DNA of 64,000 nt from Patescibacteria group bacterium (lineage in GTDB: Bacteria; Patescibacteriota; Patescibacteriia; 2-12-FULL-60-25): positions 30,758 through 94,757 of the forward strand of contig JBAZZT010000004.1 of NCBI GenBank assembly GCA_041658705.1. Direction: 5' to 3'. A program made the translations under genes and the position numbers. This document shows, in pieces, positions 1 to 13,423 of this stretch. The notes under the pieces are model-generated. The model saw only the letters and a program-made list of their open reading frames with translations, did no database searches and had not been told where the DNA came from. Each line of letters opens with the position of its first letter. The stretch's first letter is position 1.

Positions 1-2881
1 GACGTCGCTGTTGCGTGCTTTCGGTTACTCGACCAACGAAGAGATCTCCGAGATCTTCACCACCACCGACATCCATCCCCTGAACCACTACATCGAATCG
101 ACCTTGGGCAAAGACGCGGCGGCCAACGAAGACGAAGGTCTGATCGAAGTCTATAAGCGGATAAGGCCGGGCGACCTGGCTACGGCCGACAACGCCAAAT
201 CGCTCATCCATTCGATGTTCTTCAAGTTCGAGCGCTATGACTTGGGAGCAGTGGGTCGTTACAAATTCAACCAACGTTTCGGTTTGCCGGTCGTGGAGGC
301 GGAAGTGGCCAAGGAAGAGAATCGCATCCTGACCAAAGAGGATTTGGTCATGATCCTGAAGGAAATCATCCGTCTCAACAACATGCAGGAAGAGGCGGAC
401 GACGTGGATCACCTGGGCAACCGCCGCGTGCGCGCCATCGGCGAATTGGCGCAGAGCCGTTTCCGCATCGGACTCGCGCGCATGGAGCGCATCGTCAAAG
501 ACCGCATGTCGACGCAGGACATCACGGCGTTGACCCCGGCCAAACTCATCAACGCGCGGCCGGTCATCGGCGCAGTGCGCGAGTTCTTCATGAGCTCGCA
601 ATTGTCGCAGTTCATGGACCAGACCAATCCGCTGGCTGAACTCGAACATCGCCGCCGCCTTTCGGCCATGGGCCCGGGCGGTCTGTCGCGTGAGCGCGCC
701 GGTTTCGACGTACGCGACGTGCATCGCACCCACTACGGACGCATCTGCCCCATCGCTTCGTCCGAAGGTCCGAACATCGGTCTGGTCGGCCACATGGCGT
801 GCTATGCGCGCATCAATGATTTCGGTTTCATCGAGACGCCTTATCGCAAGGTCAAGAACTGGGCGCAGAACGACGGCAAGGACGGCGTGGACGAGGTCTT
901 GCGCGTGGACATCTCCAACGGCAAGGGCGAGAGCGTGGCTAAGGCAGGGGATGAGATAGATTCCAAGCTCGCCGCCAAACTCAAAAAAGAAGTCTCGTTC
1001 GAAAAGCTGCCCATCGTGCCGCATGTGACGGGCGAGATCGTTTATCTGAATGCTTTCGCCGAAGAGCGCAGCACCGCGGCTCCGGCCACCACCCCGGTGG
1101 GACGCGACGGTAAATTTTTAGTCGAACGCACCCCGGCGCGCAAAAACGGCGAGCCGATGATCGTGGACGTGTACGAAATCGATTACCTGGACGTTTCATC
1201 CAAGCAGATTTTGTCCATCGCGACTTCGCTCATCCCGTTCGTCGAACATGACGACGGCCAGCGCGCGCTCATGGGCACCAACATGCAACGCCAAGCCGTG
1301 CCCTGCATCAAACCGGATGCACCGATCGTGGGCACGGGCGTCGAACGCCGCGCGGCGGTCGATGCCGGCCACGCCATCCTGGCGCCGGAAGACGGCACTG
1401 TGGCTTCGGTCTCGGCCAAGCACATCGAATTCAAATCCGACGCGGGCGAAACGCGCCGCTATGACCTGATCAAATTCCAGCGCTCCAACGCCTCGACTTG
1501 CAACAACCAGCGGCCGCGCGTGGACAAGGGACAAAAAGTCTACGCTGGCGAAGTCCTGGCCGACGGCACGTCGTGCGACAGGGGAGAGATGGCGCTGGGC
1601 CAAAACCTGTTGGTCGCCTTCCTGTCGTGGGACGGCTATAACTATGAAGACGCCATTATCCTGTCCGAACGTCTGGTGCAGCAGGACCGCTTCACTTCGA
1701 TCCACATCGAACACCATTCCATCGACGTGCGCGACACCAAACTCGGCCCCGAAGTCGTGACCTCCGACATCCCGAACGTGTCCGAAGAAAAACTCAAGAA
1801 CCTGGATGAAAACGGCGTGGTGCGCATCGGCGCGGAAGTCAAATCCGGCGACATCCTGGTCGGTAAGATCACGCCCAAGGGCGAGACCGATTTGTCGGCC
1901 GAGGAAAAACTGCTGCGCGCCATCTTCGGCGAGAAAGCGCGCGACGTGCGCGACACCTCGATGTATCTGGAACACGGCGAACACGGCAAAGTCGTGGGCG
2001 TGACCGTGTTCTCGCGCGAGGACGGCGACAAGCTGCAGCCTGGAGTCATCAAACAGATCGTGGTCTCGGTCGCGGACCTGCGCAAGATCCAAGTCGGCGA
2101 CAAGCTGGCCGGCCGCCACGGCAACAAAGGCGTCATCTCCAAGGTCGTGCCGGTCGAAGATATGCCTTTCCTCGAGGACGGCACGCCGGTCGACGTCATC
2201 CTGTCGCCGTTGGGCGTCGTCTCGCGTATGAACTTGGGACAGATCCTGGAGACGCATTTGGGTTTGGCCGCCAACGCGCAAGGTTATCGCGTGGCCACTC
2301 CGGTCTTCGACGGCGTATCCGAGGAGACCATCCGCCAAGAGCTCGTGAAAGCGGGCTTCAGCGAAGACGGCAAAGTGCCGCTCTACGACGGACGCTCGGG
2401 CGAACGCTACGACAACGATCCTACGGTCGGCTACACCTATATACTCAAACTGAACCACATGGTGGAAGACAAGATCCACCAGCGCTCGATCGGCCCGTAC
2501 TCGCTCATCACGCAACAGCCGTTGGGCGGCAAGGCGCAATCCGGAGGTCAGCGCTTCGGCGAGATGGAAGTCTGGGCGCTTGAGGCGTACGGCGCCGCGC
2601 ACATGCTGCAGGAGATTCTCACCATCAAATCAGACGACGTGCCGGGCCGTTCCAAAGCTTACGAATCCATCATCAAGGGCGAACCGATCCGCAAAGTCAA
2701 CGTGCCGGAATCCTTCAACGTGCTCATCCGCGAACTCAAGGGCCTGTGCCTCGACGTGGAACTCTTGAAGGAGGGTCATCGCATCGAAGAGACTTCGCCT
2801 AAACCGGAGCAGTTCAAACCGCGCCCGGCTTTGACTAATTCATTCGCCGACGCGGACTGGGGTCCGGCCGAACAAGCCTAA
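1..2881 (+). CDS. rpoB: DNA-directed RNA polymerase subunit beta, C-terminal part (5' end lies upstream of the window)
   Basis: Reading frame is open to the window edge. Conserved beta motifs are present: [50 protein letters not shown]. rpoC follows 12 nt later. Confidence 0.97.
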   Translation, partial: TSLLRAFGYSTNEEISEIFTTTDIHPLNHYIESTLGKDAAANEDEGLIEVYKRIRPGDLATADNAKSLIHSMFFKFERYDLGAVGRYKFNQRFGLPVVEAEVAKEENRILTKEDLVMILKEIIRLNNMQEEADDVDHLGNRRVRAIGELAQSRFRIGLARMERIVKDRMSTQDITALTPAKLINARPVIGAVREFFMSSQLSQFMDQTNPLAELEHRRRLSAMGPGGLSRERAGFDVRDVHRTHYGRICPIASSEGPNIGLVGHMACYARINDFGFIETPYRKVKNWAQNDGKDGVDEVLRVDISNGKGESVAKAGDEIDSKLAAKLKKEVSFEKLPIVPHVTGEIVYLNAFAEERSTAAPATTPVGRDGKFLVERTPARKNGEPMIVDVYEIDYLDVSSKQILSIATSLIPFVEHDDGQRALMGTNMQRQAVPCIKPDAPIVGTGVERRAAVDAGHAILAPEDGTVASVSAKHIEFKSDAGETRRYDLIKFQRSNASTCNNQRPRVDKGQKVYAGEVLADGTSCDRGEMALGQNLLVAFLSWDGYNYEDAIILSERLVQQDRFTSIHIEHHSIDVRDTKLGPEVVTSDIPNVSEEKLKNLDENGVVRIGAEVKSGDILVGKITPKGETDLSAEEKLLRAIFGEKARDVRDTSMYLEHGEHGKVVGVTVFSREDGDKLQPGVIKQIVVSVADLRKIQVGDKLAGRHGNKGVISKVVPVEDMPFLEDGTPVDVILSPLGVVSRMNLGQILETHLGLAANAQGYRVATPVFDGVSEETIRQELVKAGFSEDGKVPLYDGRSGERYDNDPTVGYTYILKLNHMVEDKIHQRSIGPYSLITQQPLGGKAQSGGQRFGEMEVWALEAYGAAHMLQEILTIKSDDVPGRSKAYESIIKGEPIRKVNVPESFNVLIRELKGLCLDVELLKEGHRIEETSPKPEQFKPRPALTNSFADADWGPAEQA

Positions 2882-2893
2882 ACGACCACCCAT

Positions 2894-6844
<3,951 letters not shown>

Positions 6845-6845
6845 G

Positions 6846-6962
6846 GTAGGGGCGCATGGTTATGCGCCCTGACGGTAGACGGTAGCCAATGTAGGGGCGC
6901 ATGCCATGCGCCCAGACGGTCGACGATAGCCAAATGTAGGGGCGCGGTTTCCGCGCCCCTTT
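6846..6962. repeat. Cluster of three REP-like palindromes (GTAGGGGCG..N..CGCCCCTAC family) with GGCTACCGTC spacers
   Basis: gtaggggcgcatggttatgcgccc, gtaggggcgcatgccatgcgccc and gtaggggcgcggtttccgcgcccc lie directly after the rpoC stop. A near-identical composite recurs at 51115..51207. Confidence 0.85.
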
Positions 6963-6967
6963 GGGTA

Positions 6968-7007
6968 TAAAAAAAGAAACCCGCCAGAGCCTGGGAGACG
7001 TGGCGGG
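6968..7007 (-). terminator. Rho-independent terminator of CDS 7035..7493
   Basis: On the minus strand: cccgcca..tggcggg stem followed by tttcttttttt. Confidence 0.6.
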
Positions 7008-7034
7008 TCAATTGGACGAAGGCGGTCGAAAGAT

Positions 7035-7493
7035 CTAGGCGGCTGCCTTTTTGAGTTTGACCTCGAAGGCTCTGGCGAGGGCGAGCACGGCTTTTCCCCA
7101 CCGATTGTTCTTCTTGAGAGGCATGAGATAGGCGGAAGCCTCTTTCTTGCCGGCGGCGACCTCTGCCTTCATCTCATCGCTCTGCTTCACGATCTCCTGA
7201 ACGATGAGCGCGATAGCCTCCTTCTCGGAGCCATCGCAGTGTACGACCAGTCGCTTGCACATGGCCAAGTAGTCCTCGAATGAGCTTTCGAAATAGTCGG
7301 CGTAGGCTTCGTCCGTGGGTGTTCTGTTACCGTGGCCTAAGCCGGCCGCCATCGCGACAAGGTTGCAAGTGATCGCGTCGAGACCTTTGGCGGACTTTGG
7401 ATGCTCCCGAAATCCCAAAGGGTGAGCGAAGCCTCGGAGATCGTACTGGGTCATGACGATTGCTCGATCGATATTCGCGGTGAGAAAGTCCAT
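7035..7493 (-). CDS. Hypothetical protein (152 aa)
   Basis: Clean ORF with an AAGGA Shine-Dalgarno-like site upstream and its own terminator. No family recognised. Confidence 0.55.
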   Translation of the reverse strand: MDFLTANIDRAIVMTQYDLRGFAHPLGFREHPKSAKGLDAITCNLVAMAAGLGHGNRTPTDEAYADYFESSFEDYLAMCKRLVVHCDGSEKEAIALIVQEIVKQSDEMKAEVAAGKKEASAYLMPLKKNNRWGKAVLALARAFEVKLKKAAA

Positions 7494-7588
7494 TTCTCTA
7501 TCCTTTCGTGTCGTTTCCTGCCCAGACAGCGTATCTGGGTTTCGGGAAATATTACTTATTTAGTCAGATATGTCAAGCAGCGACGGGT

Positions 7589-7615
7589 ATAAAAAAAGAC
7601 GTCCCTGGGGGACGC
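7589..7615 (-). terminator. Rho-independent terminator of CDS 7681..8151
   Basis: On the minus strand: gcgtccc..gggacg stem followed by tcttttttta. Confidence 0.55.
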
Positions 7616-7680
7616 CTTTCAACAGAGTCTTGGCATGATGATCATCACAGCCTCCTGGTTAAAGGTTCACTGCATTCGGT

Positions 7681-8151
7681 TCACTCCGGAATTTCGACCT
7701 TGGGGTCGTGACGCCGGAACGCGCGGAGCAAGAATCGTTCGCGTTTGATGAGCGGGCAGTGCGGCAACAAGTCGCGGATCCGGAACATGCGCCAGATGAA
7801 CGCCTTGGCCGTCTTGTCCGTCACATCCTTGAAACGGTGCGCTTTTTCGACCACGAGTCCGATGGAGGATGGATCGTTGAAGAGCAGCGCGCGGGCGACT
7901 TGGCCGAACGAGTAGATGTCACGGGCTTGATCCAGGTCGCGCGGTGAGACGTGATCCGGGACAAAGTCATGGCTCTCGTTCAACGTCTCCACCTCCTTCT
8001 GCAACTTGACCCGTTCGATATCACGTTCGTCCACCAGCCCGCGTTCCGCGAGCTGTTCGGCCAAGGTCTTCCTCGGTCCGGTTTGAGGTTTGGCTTGGGC
8101 TTTCGAAGCCAAGCCGCGTGCCGCCAGTTGTTCCGCCAGGGTTTTGTTCAC
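7681..8151 (-). CDS. Hypothetical protein (156 aa) with a duplicated N-terminal TLAEQLAxRGL motif
   Basis: GTG start preceded by AAGGAG. The repeat TLAEQLAARGL / TLAEQLAERGLV is weakly reminiscent of DUF2058/YaiL N-termini. The family call is not secure. Confidence 0.55.
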   Translation of the reverse strand: MNKTLAEQLAARGLASKAQAKPQTGPRKTLAEQLAERGLVDERDIERVKLQKEVETLNESHDFVPDHVSPRDLDQARDIYSFGQVARALLFNDPSSIGLVVEKAHRFKDVTDKTAKAFIWRMFRIRDLLPHCPLIKRERFLLRAFRRHDPKVEIPE

Positions 8152-8240
8152 TCTCGACGCTCCTTTGGTGAAAGCACTTGGAATGTGCGGATTGACTGGA
8201 GAATATACACCAAAACAGCAGTCTTGTCAATTCCGAGGGG

Positions 8241-8310
8241 AGTAGTTAGCAGTTAGCATTTAGTAGTTAAAGCTAGGACCCTAACTACTATCTACTAAAT
8301 GCTAACTACT
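8241..8310. repeat. Low-complexity word hairpin (AGTAG/TTAGC words)
   Basis: agtagttagcagttagcatttagtagttaa .. taactactatctactaaatgctaactact forms imperfect inverted arms in a divergent intergenic region. Confidence 0.7.
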
Positions 8311-8434
8311 TGTTTATAAGAAAAGTCCCCCTAACGCCGCTTTTGTCAAGACCCACCAGGTGAGGTATAAAGAGTTCGAAACAGCAGGTTCATGAAGTTT
8401 TAAGCTTTAAGTTTTGAGTTTTGAACTAGCTCCT

Positions 8435-9160
8435 ATGTCTCGGCATTCAAAATGGTCCAAAGTCAAACAGTTCAAAGGTGCTGTCGATGCCAAGCGTTCG
8501 GCGTCGTTCACCAAGCTGGCGCGCGAGATCACGGTCGCGGCGCGCGAAAAAGGACCTGACCCGAGCATGAACGTGCGGTTGCGCGTGGCCATGGACCGGG
8601 CGCGCAAAGCCTCCATGCCAAAAGACGCCATCGAGCGGGCGGTGGTGCGGGGAGCGGGGACGGGCGCGGACGCGGCGATCATCGAGTCGTTGACTTACGA
8701 AGCGTATGCCCCGGGCGGGACCGCGCTGGTCGTCGAGTGTCTGACTGACAACCGCAACCGTTCGGCTAACGACGTGAAGCACGCCTTATCCAAACACGAA
8801 GCCAACCTGGCGAGCCAAGGTTCGGTCACTTATCTGTTCGACAAAAAAGCGGTGGTCAAGATTCAGGGCGGATTGCCCGCGGACAAGCGCGACGAGATGG
8901 AGCTAGCGCTCATCGATGTCGGAGCTGAAGACATCGAAGACGTCGACGGGACGACCGAAGTCAGGGGAGCGCCGGCGGATCTATCTAAACTCGCCGATGC
9001 GGCGCAAAAACTCGGGCTCACGCTCGAATCGGCCGAGTTCGAATGGATACCGAAGTCGCTGGTCGAGACGAATGAAGAAAACGGAACCAAAGTCGCGGAG
9101 CTGATCGATGAATTGGAGAACCTCGACGATGTCGCGCATGTTTATTCTAATTTGGCGTAG
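8435..9160 (+). CDS. yebC: YebC/PmpR-family transcriptional regulator (TACO1 family)
   Basis: Family-typical N-terminus MSRHSKWSKVKQFKG. ATG at 8435 is preferred over the upstream TTG at 8414. Confidence 0.9.
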   Translation: MSRHSKWSKVKQFKGAVDAKRSASFTKLAREITVAAREKGPDPSMNVRLRVAMDRARKASMPKDAIERAVVRGAGTGADAAIIESLTYEAYAPGGTALVVECLTDNRNRSANDVKHALSKHEANLASQGSVTYLFDKKAVVKIQGGLPADKRDEMELALIDVGAEDIEDVDGTTEVRGAPADLSKLADAAQKLGLTLESAEFEWIPKSLVETNEENGTKVAELIDELENLDDVAHVYSNLA

Positions 9161-9214
9161 GGGCGTGTGCCACACGCCCCTGGTCGGACAGGGCGCATAA
9201 CCATGCGCCCCTAC
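9157..9214. repeat. Two REP-like palindromes overlapping the yebC stop codon
   Basis: gtaggggcgtgtgccacacgcccc contains the TAG stop. agggcgcataaccatgcgcccctac ends 6 nt before the ruvC ATG. Confidence 0.8.
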
Positions 9215-9220
9215 AAAATA

Positions 9221-9712
9221 ATGGCAACACCTCTACGCGTCCTTGGTGTCGATCCGGGCTTTGGTCGGACGGGGTTTGGCGTCATCGAGCAGCAGGGGAG
9301 CGAAGTCACGTGGCTGGCGCACGGCTGCGTCGAGACGGAAAGCAAGATGGAATTCGAGGATCGTTTGGCGGCGATCAAGCAAAAACTCACGCAGGTGATC
9401 CAAGAGCACCGACCCGATTGCATGTCGCTCGAACATCTGTATTTCCAAACCAACGTAAAAACCGCCATGAAAGTCGGCATGGCGCGCGGCGTCATCATGC
9501 TCATCGCGCAGGAAAATAATCTGCCCATCGTCGAGCTTACGCCCAACCAGGTCAAACAAGGCATCACGGGATACGGCAGCGCGGACAAAAAGCAGGTGCA
9601 AGCCATGGTGCAAAGATTTTTGCATCTGAAAGACATCCCGCAACCCGACGACGCAGCAGACGCCCTAGCCATCGCCATCGTCGGTGGCGCGGTGTATAAG
9701 CAGGGGAAATAA
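9221..9712 (+). CDS. ruvC: Crossover junction endodeoxyribonuclease RuvC
   Basis: RVLGVDPGFGRTGFGVIE and the C-terminal DDAADALAIAI catalytic region. ATG 9221 is preferred because the upstream part of the ORF is REP sequence. Confidence 0.9.
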   Translation: MATPLRVLGVDPGFGRTGFGVIEQQGSEVTWLAHGCVETESKMEFEDRLAAIKQKLTQVIQEHRPDCMSLEHLYFQTNVKTAMKVGMARGVIMLIAQENNLPIVELTPNQVKQGITGYGSADKKQVQAMVQRFLHLKDIPQPDDAADALAIAIVGGAVYKQGK

Positions 9713-9724
9713 CCAATAAACAAT

Positions 9725-9788
9725 CTAGGTTCTAGGTTCTGGGTGCTAGGTGCTAGGTTCAGAAACCTAGAACCTAGAACCTGTTTTT
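9725..9788. repeat. Word hairpin (CTAGGT words) followed by a T-run; probable ruvC terminator
   Basis: ctaggttctaggttc...gaacctagaacctagaacc followed by tgttttt. The same words occur at 48900..48954. Confidence 0.7.
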
Positions 9789-9831
9789 CAGATTTGATTC
9801 CGCGGCTTCATTAGCATAAACTGCGGATAGC

Positions 9832-10875
9832 ATGAGCCTCAACCCCTTCGAAACCTCCAAAACCAAAATAGTCCCTGAACCAGTCGAAGGGCTACCTAGT
9901 ACCTCCGGTATCCGCCGCCAGGATTTGCCGACCCACGTCAGGAAGTACGCGGATAAACTCGCTGCGCAGATTAAAGAGATCTACGCCAAATACGGAGCCA
10001 AGAATTTCGAAGAGCTTAAAGAGAACAAGAAACTGTCTGCGCAAGATGCGCGTAAAGTTGCGGATCTGTTCAAAGCCTTCCAGAAAGCTGTCGAGAAGAA
10101 CGAGATTGAATCGGTCAGCCCGCAGGAAGCTATTGAAATCCTGGGTCGCGAGAACGTCCATGGCATCGAGGACGTCGAAGCCATGCTAGGACAAGGTTTC
10201 GTCGACATCTCTAAAGTCCCATCAATCCCGTACACTGCAGACGATTTGAATAAATCCAATGAGATAAAAGAAAAAACCGGCGTCGAAGAGATGCTTGTCC
10301 TCTTTGTCGCGGATGAAGACGGCAAACCTCTCACCGGAGAACGCATGAATGAACTCATCCAAGCGGAATATGACAAGCTCGGCCTAGGCAAATTCCTACT
10401 TAATACCGATTGGTATAAGAACAAGGACCTCTTCACGAAACTAGGCTTGAACTACGAATGGAAGCTCATCACCAAACAAACCATCCCTGGTTCAAAGAAC
10501 AAACGTCATCACTACGAACCAGGCGACCGCTTCACCCACCAAGACACCCAAGAGTTCGTCATCGAGGAATACGCCAAGCAACTCGATATCCCGCGCAATC
10601 AACTGCATCGCCCAGAGCCCTTCCAGATGCTTTATGCTACCGCTCTTCACTTGATTACGACCGAACGTCTTGATGGTCAGGGCAAAGGTGAACGCTTCCT
10701 CAAGAATGAATATCACTGGTCTGATGTTCGCTCCTCGGATGGGAACCTCGTGTATGTCGGCTCTGCCGATTCGGTTGGCGCGGACGTGGACAGGACCTCC
10801 CGTGACGTTGGGAATGGTTTTTTCGGTGTCTGCCTTTCGCGTGAGCCTTTTTCTACCAAATCCTTGAACACTTGA
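9832..10875 (+). CDS. Paralog A of a 3-member family; putative DGR-type variable protein with a C-type-lectin/FGE-like C-terminus
   Basis: 347 aa, highly similar to 10898..11908 and 41110..42150 except for the last roughly 45 codons. No signal peptide. Confidence 0.85.
   Translation: MSLNPFETSKTKIVPEPVEGLPSTSGIRRQDLPTHVRKYADKLAAQIKEIYAKYGAKNFEELKENKKLSAQDARKVADLFKAFQKAVEKNEIESVSPQEAIEILGRENVHGIEDVEAMLGQGFVDISKVPSIPYTADDLNKSNEIKEKTGVEEMLVLFVADEDGKPLTGERMNELIQAEYDKLGLGKFLLNTDWYKNKDLFTKLGLNYEWKLITKQTIPGSKNKRHHYEPGDRFTHQDTQEFVIEEYAKQLDIPRNQLHRPEPFQMLYATALHLITTERLDGQGKGERFLKNEYHWSDVRSSDGNLVYVGSADSVGADVDRTSRDVGNGFFGVCLSREPFSTKSLNT
10729..10875 (+). other. VR-like hypervariable block 1 (3' end of paralog A)
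   Basis: Aligns codon-for-codon with the TR-like element 42440..42586. Amino-acid differences fall on the template's AAC/AAT/GAC/CAC codons. Confidence 0.65.
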
Positions 10876-10897
10876 CCCTTCGTCCCTGAACAAAGCC

Positions 10898-11908
10898 ATG
10901 CCCACCAACCCCTTCGAAACCGCCCCGAATCTCACCACCTCCCACATCCGTCGGCAGGATTTGCCGACTCACGTCAGGCGCTACGCCGATAAACTCGCGG
11001 CGCAGATAAGAGAAATCTACGCCAAATACGGAGCCAAGAACTTCGAAGAGCTTAAAGAGAACAAGAAGCTGTCGGCGCAAGACGCACGCAAGGTGGCTGA
11101 TTTGTTCAAAGCCTTCAATGATGCAGTCGAGAAGAAAGAGGTCGAACCTGGGTTACAGGAAGCCATCGAAATCCTAGGTCGCGAAAACGTCCACGGCATC
11201 GAAGACGTAGAAGTCATGCTGGGGGATGGTTTTGTGGACGAATCAAAAGTCCCACCCATCCCATACACTCCTGAAGAGCTTGAGAAATCCAAAGAAATCA
11301 AAGAAAAGACCGGCGTCGAAGAGATGTTTGTCTTATTCGTCGCTGACAAGGACGGCAGACCGCTCACGGGAGAGCGCATGAACGAGCTCATCCAAGCTGA
11401 ATACACCAAGCTCGGGTTGGGCAAATTCCTGCTCAACACCGATTGGTACAAGAATGAGGACTTTTTTAAGAAGTTGGGTTTGAGCTACGAATGGAAACTC
11501 ATCACCAAACAAACCATCCCTGGTTCGAAGAACAAGCGTCATCACTACGAACCTGGAGACACCTTCACCCACCAAGACACCCAAGAATTCTCTATCGAGG
11601 AATACGCCGAGAAACTCGATATCCCTCGTGACCAGTTACAGCGCCCAGAGCCTTTCCAAATGCTCTATGCGGTTGCCCTTCATTTGATCGCGACGGAACG
11701 CCTCAACGGCAAGGGTAAAGGTGAACGCATCCTCGCAAAAGAGTATCACTGGTCCGATGTCCGCTCCTCGCATGGGAGCCTCGTGCGCGTGGGCGGCCAT
11801 GCCGATTCGGACGGCGCGCACGTGCACAGGAACCACCGTGGCGTTCAGGGCCTCGATCTCGACGTTTGTCTCTCGCGTGAATCTTCTTCCAAATCCTTGG
11901 ACACTTGA
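10898..11908 (+). CDS. Paralog B of the same family
   Basis: 336 aa, tandem to paralog A across a 22-nt gap, with the same conserved body and a divergent C-terminal block. Confidence 0.85.
   Translation: MPTNPFETAPNLTTSHIRRQDLPTHVRRYADKLAAQIREIYAKYGAKNFEELKENKKLSAQDARKVADLFKAFNDAVEKKEVEPGLQEAIEILGRENVHGIEDVEVMLGDGFVDESKVPPIPYTPEELEKSKEIKEKTGVEEMFVLFVADKDGRPLTGERMNELIQAEYTKLGLGKFLLNTDWYKNEDFFKKLGLSYEWKLITKQTIPGSKNKRHHYEPGDTFTHQDTQEFSIEEYAEKLDIPRDQLQRPEPFQMLYAVALHLIATERLNGKGKGERILAKEYHWSDVRSSHGSLVRVGGHADSDGAHVHRNHRGVQGLDLDVCLSRESSSKSLDT
11762..11908 (+). other. VR-like hypervariable block 2 (3' end of paralog B)
   Basis: Same anchors (cgctcctcg ... tcgcgtga). Relative to the TR-like element it carries one extra codon and one missing codon. 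Confidence 0.55.
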
Positions 11909-11939
11909 TTCTTGATACTTTGACCCTTGGTCTGCTTAA

Positions 11940-11969
11940 TTGAAGTTTATTCATCCGTGCCTGTACAAT
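11940..11969 (+). promoter_or_regulatory. Candidate sigma70-type promoter (TTGAAG, 18-nt spacer, extended -10 TGTACAAT)
   Basis: ttgaag tttattcatccgtgcc tg tacaat lies 12 nt upstream of ATG 11982. Confidence 0.4.
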
Positions 11970-11981
11970 GCTCGGTACGCT

Positions 11982-12893
11982 ATGGGACAAAATCATAAAG
12001 CTGCATCGTCGCGTTTATTGACTGATCGGTTCACCGGCGAAAAGATCATCGTCGCGCCGGGCAGATCGCGTCGGCCGGAAGACATCAAACGCAAAGTCAA
12101 AGATATCTTCAGCCCGGACGAGATCGTCAGGCGCGAAGACACGCAAGCGGTCTTCGGTCGCGGAAAATTCAAAGTCACGGCCATCAAGAATCTGTACCCG
12201 GTGTTCAACGGCGCGGGTTATCTGTACGGTCGGCAGGAGATTTTGGTCGAAGGGTCGCGCAGCCTGCCATTTTGGGATTTCAGCGCAGAACAAATGGCGG
12301 TATGTCTGGAAGCGATCGCCGCCAGGATCAAGAGCCTGCGTCGCGATGGCAAAATCAAATACAGCGTGGCCTTCAAGAACGAAGGCGAGCGCGCCGGCGC
12401 CTCCCAGCCTCATCCGCACACCCAACTTTACGGCATGTCCTTCGTGCCTGACCGGATCAAGCTGGCGCTCAAGAATCGGCGCCGCGCGTTAGGAGTCGCT
12501 AATCCCAAAGGCAACTATCTGTTGAAGGAGGCTGCGCCTGAACTCATCGTCTACCGCGATAAGTTCGTGACGGCTTTCGCGCCGCCCATCTCACGCTTCG
12601 GCCATGAGATTTGTCTCACCACTAACCGGCGTTTGGATTCCATCACCGACGCTACGCCGCATGAATTGAAGGCTTTGGCCAAGGGGCTTAAGAGCCTCAT
12701 GCCGTTCATGAAAAAACGGAAACTCGCGTTCAATTTTTTCACCCACGACATCCCGGGTCGGAGAGATGAATGTTTTGAGCTTCGTTTTACGCCGCGGCGC
12801 AACATCTTCGGCGGTTATGAATTGGATAACGGCGTGTTCATCAACCCGGTTTCCGCCGAACAAGCGGCGCGCGAATACCGCGCAGCACTCTAA
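11982..12893 (+). CDS. Galactose-1-phosphate uridylyltransferase-like HIT-superfamily protein
   Basis: HxHxQ motif SQPHPHTQLYG in a GalT-like context (FKNEGERAGAS). ATG 11982 is preferred over TTG 11940. Confidence 0.7.
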   Translation: MGQNHKAASSRLLTDRFTGEKIIVAPGRSRRPEDIKRKVKDIFSPDEIVRREDTQAVFGRGKFKVTAIKNLYPVFNGAGYLYGRQEILVEGSRSLPFWDFSAEQMAVCLEAIAARIKSLRRDGKIKYSVAFKNEGERAGASQPHPHTQLYGMSFVPDRIKLALKNRRRALGVANPKGNYLLKEAAPELIVYRDKFVTAFAPPISRFGHEICLTTNRRLDSITDATPHELKALAKGLKSLMPFMKKRKLAFNFFTHDIPGRRDECFELRFTPRRNIFGGYELDNGVFINPVSAEQAAREYRAAL

Positions 12894-12974
12894 TCCGTCA
12901 TTCCCGCGCCCCCGCCTGTCATTCCCGCGAAAGCGGGAATCTAGAAGCGATACGATTCAGCGGTTTCAGAAAAA

Positions 12975-13020
12975 GTGCATTTCCTAAAAACCCGCGGCCG
13001 CGGGTTTTTAGGAAATGCAC
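12975..13020. repeat. Perfect 46-bp palindrome
   Basis: gtgcatttcctaaaaacccgcgg|ccgcgggtttttaggaaatgcac. Confidence 0.9.
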
Positions 13021-13379
13021 ACTTAGTCCATGCATGCGCGAGGATGACATTAATATTATGCGCTCGCCACGTCGTTCGCGAGCGACGTGGCGAGGAGTAG
13101 CGGCGACGAAGTCGCGTCAGACGTGTCGAAACAATCTCCGAAAGCCAGAGATCCCGGCTCAAGGCCGGGATGACAAATAACAATCATCCCGCGCCCCCCT
13201 TCCGTTATCCTCCGCCCCCTCCCTGTCATCCTCCGGTTTAACCGGGGGATCCAGAGAGAGAAACCTTTCCAATGTTTTCAAGGTCTGGATTACCCGGTTG
13301 AACCGGGTAATGACAGGGTTGTTTTTTTGTCATCCCGCACTTGATGCGGGATCTCCGGAGATTGCTGCGCGTTTTTGGG

Positions 13380-13423
13380 TCATGGCTTGCCACGGCGTTC
13401 GCGAACGCCGTGGCAAGCCATGA
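13380..13423. repeat. Perfect 44-bp palindrome
   Basis: tcatggcttgccacggcgttcg|cgaacgccgtggcaagccatga. Confidence 0.9.

Noticed and set aside
1196-2602. Long antisense or out-of-frame ORFs inside rpoB, rpoC, gyrA, smc, nusA, nrnA and the giant gene. Examples: 1196..2602(-), 2840..3748(-), 5354..6445(-), 15045..16205(-), 23283..24668(-), 42761..44098(-), 19911..21206(+), and the many ORFs within 29077..39963.
   Set aside because: They overlap genes with unmistakable conserved motifs. They are Arg/Ala/Gly-rich, as is typical of shadow frames in GC-rich DNA, and they lack start-site signals.
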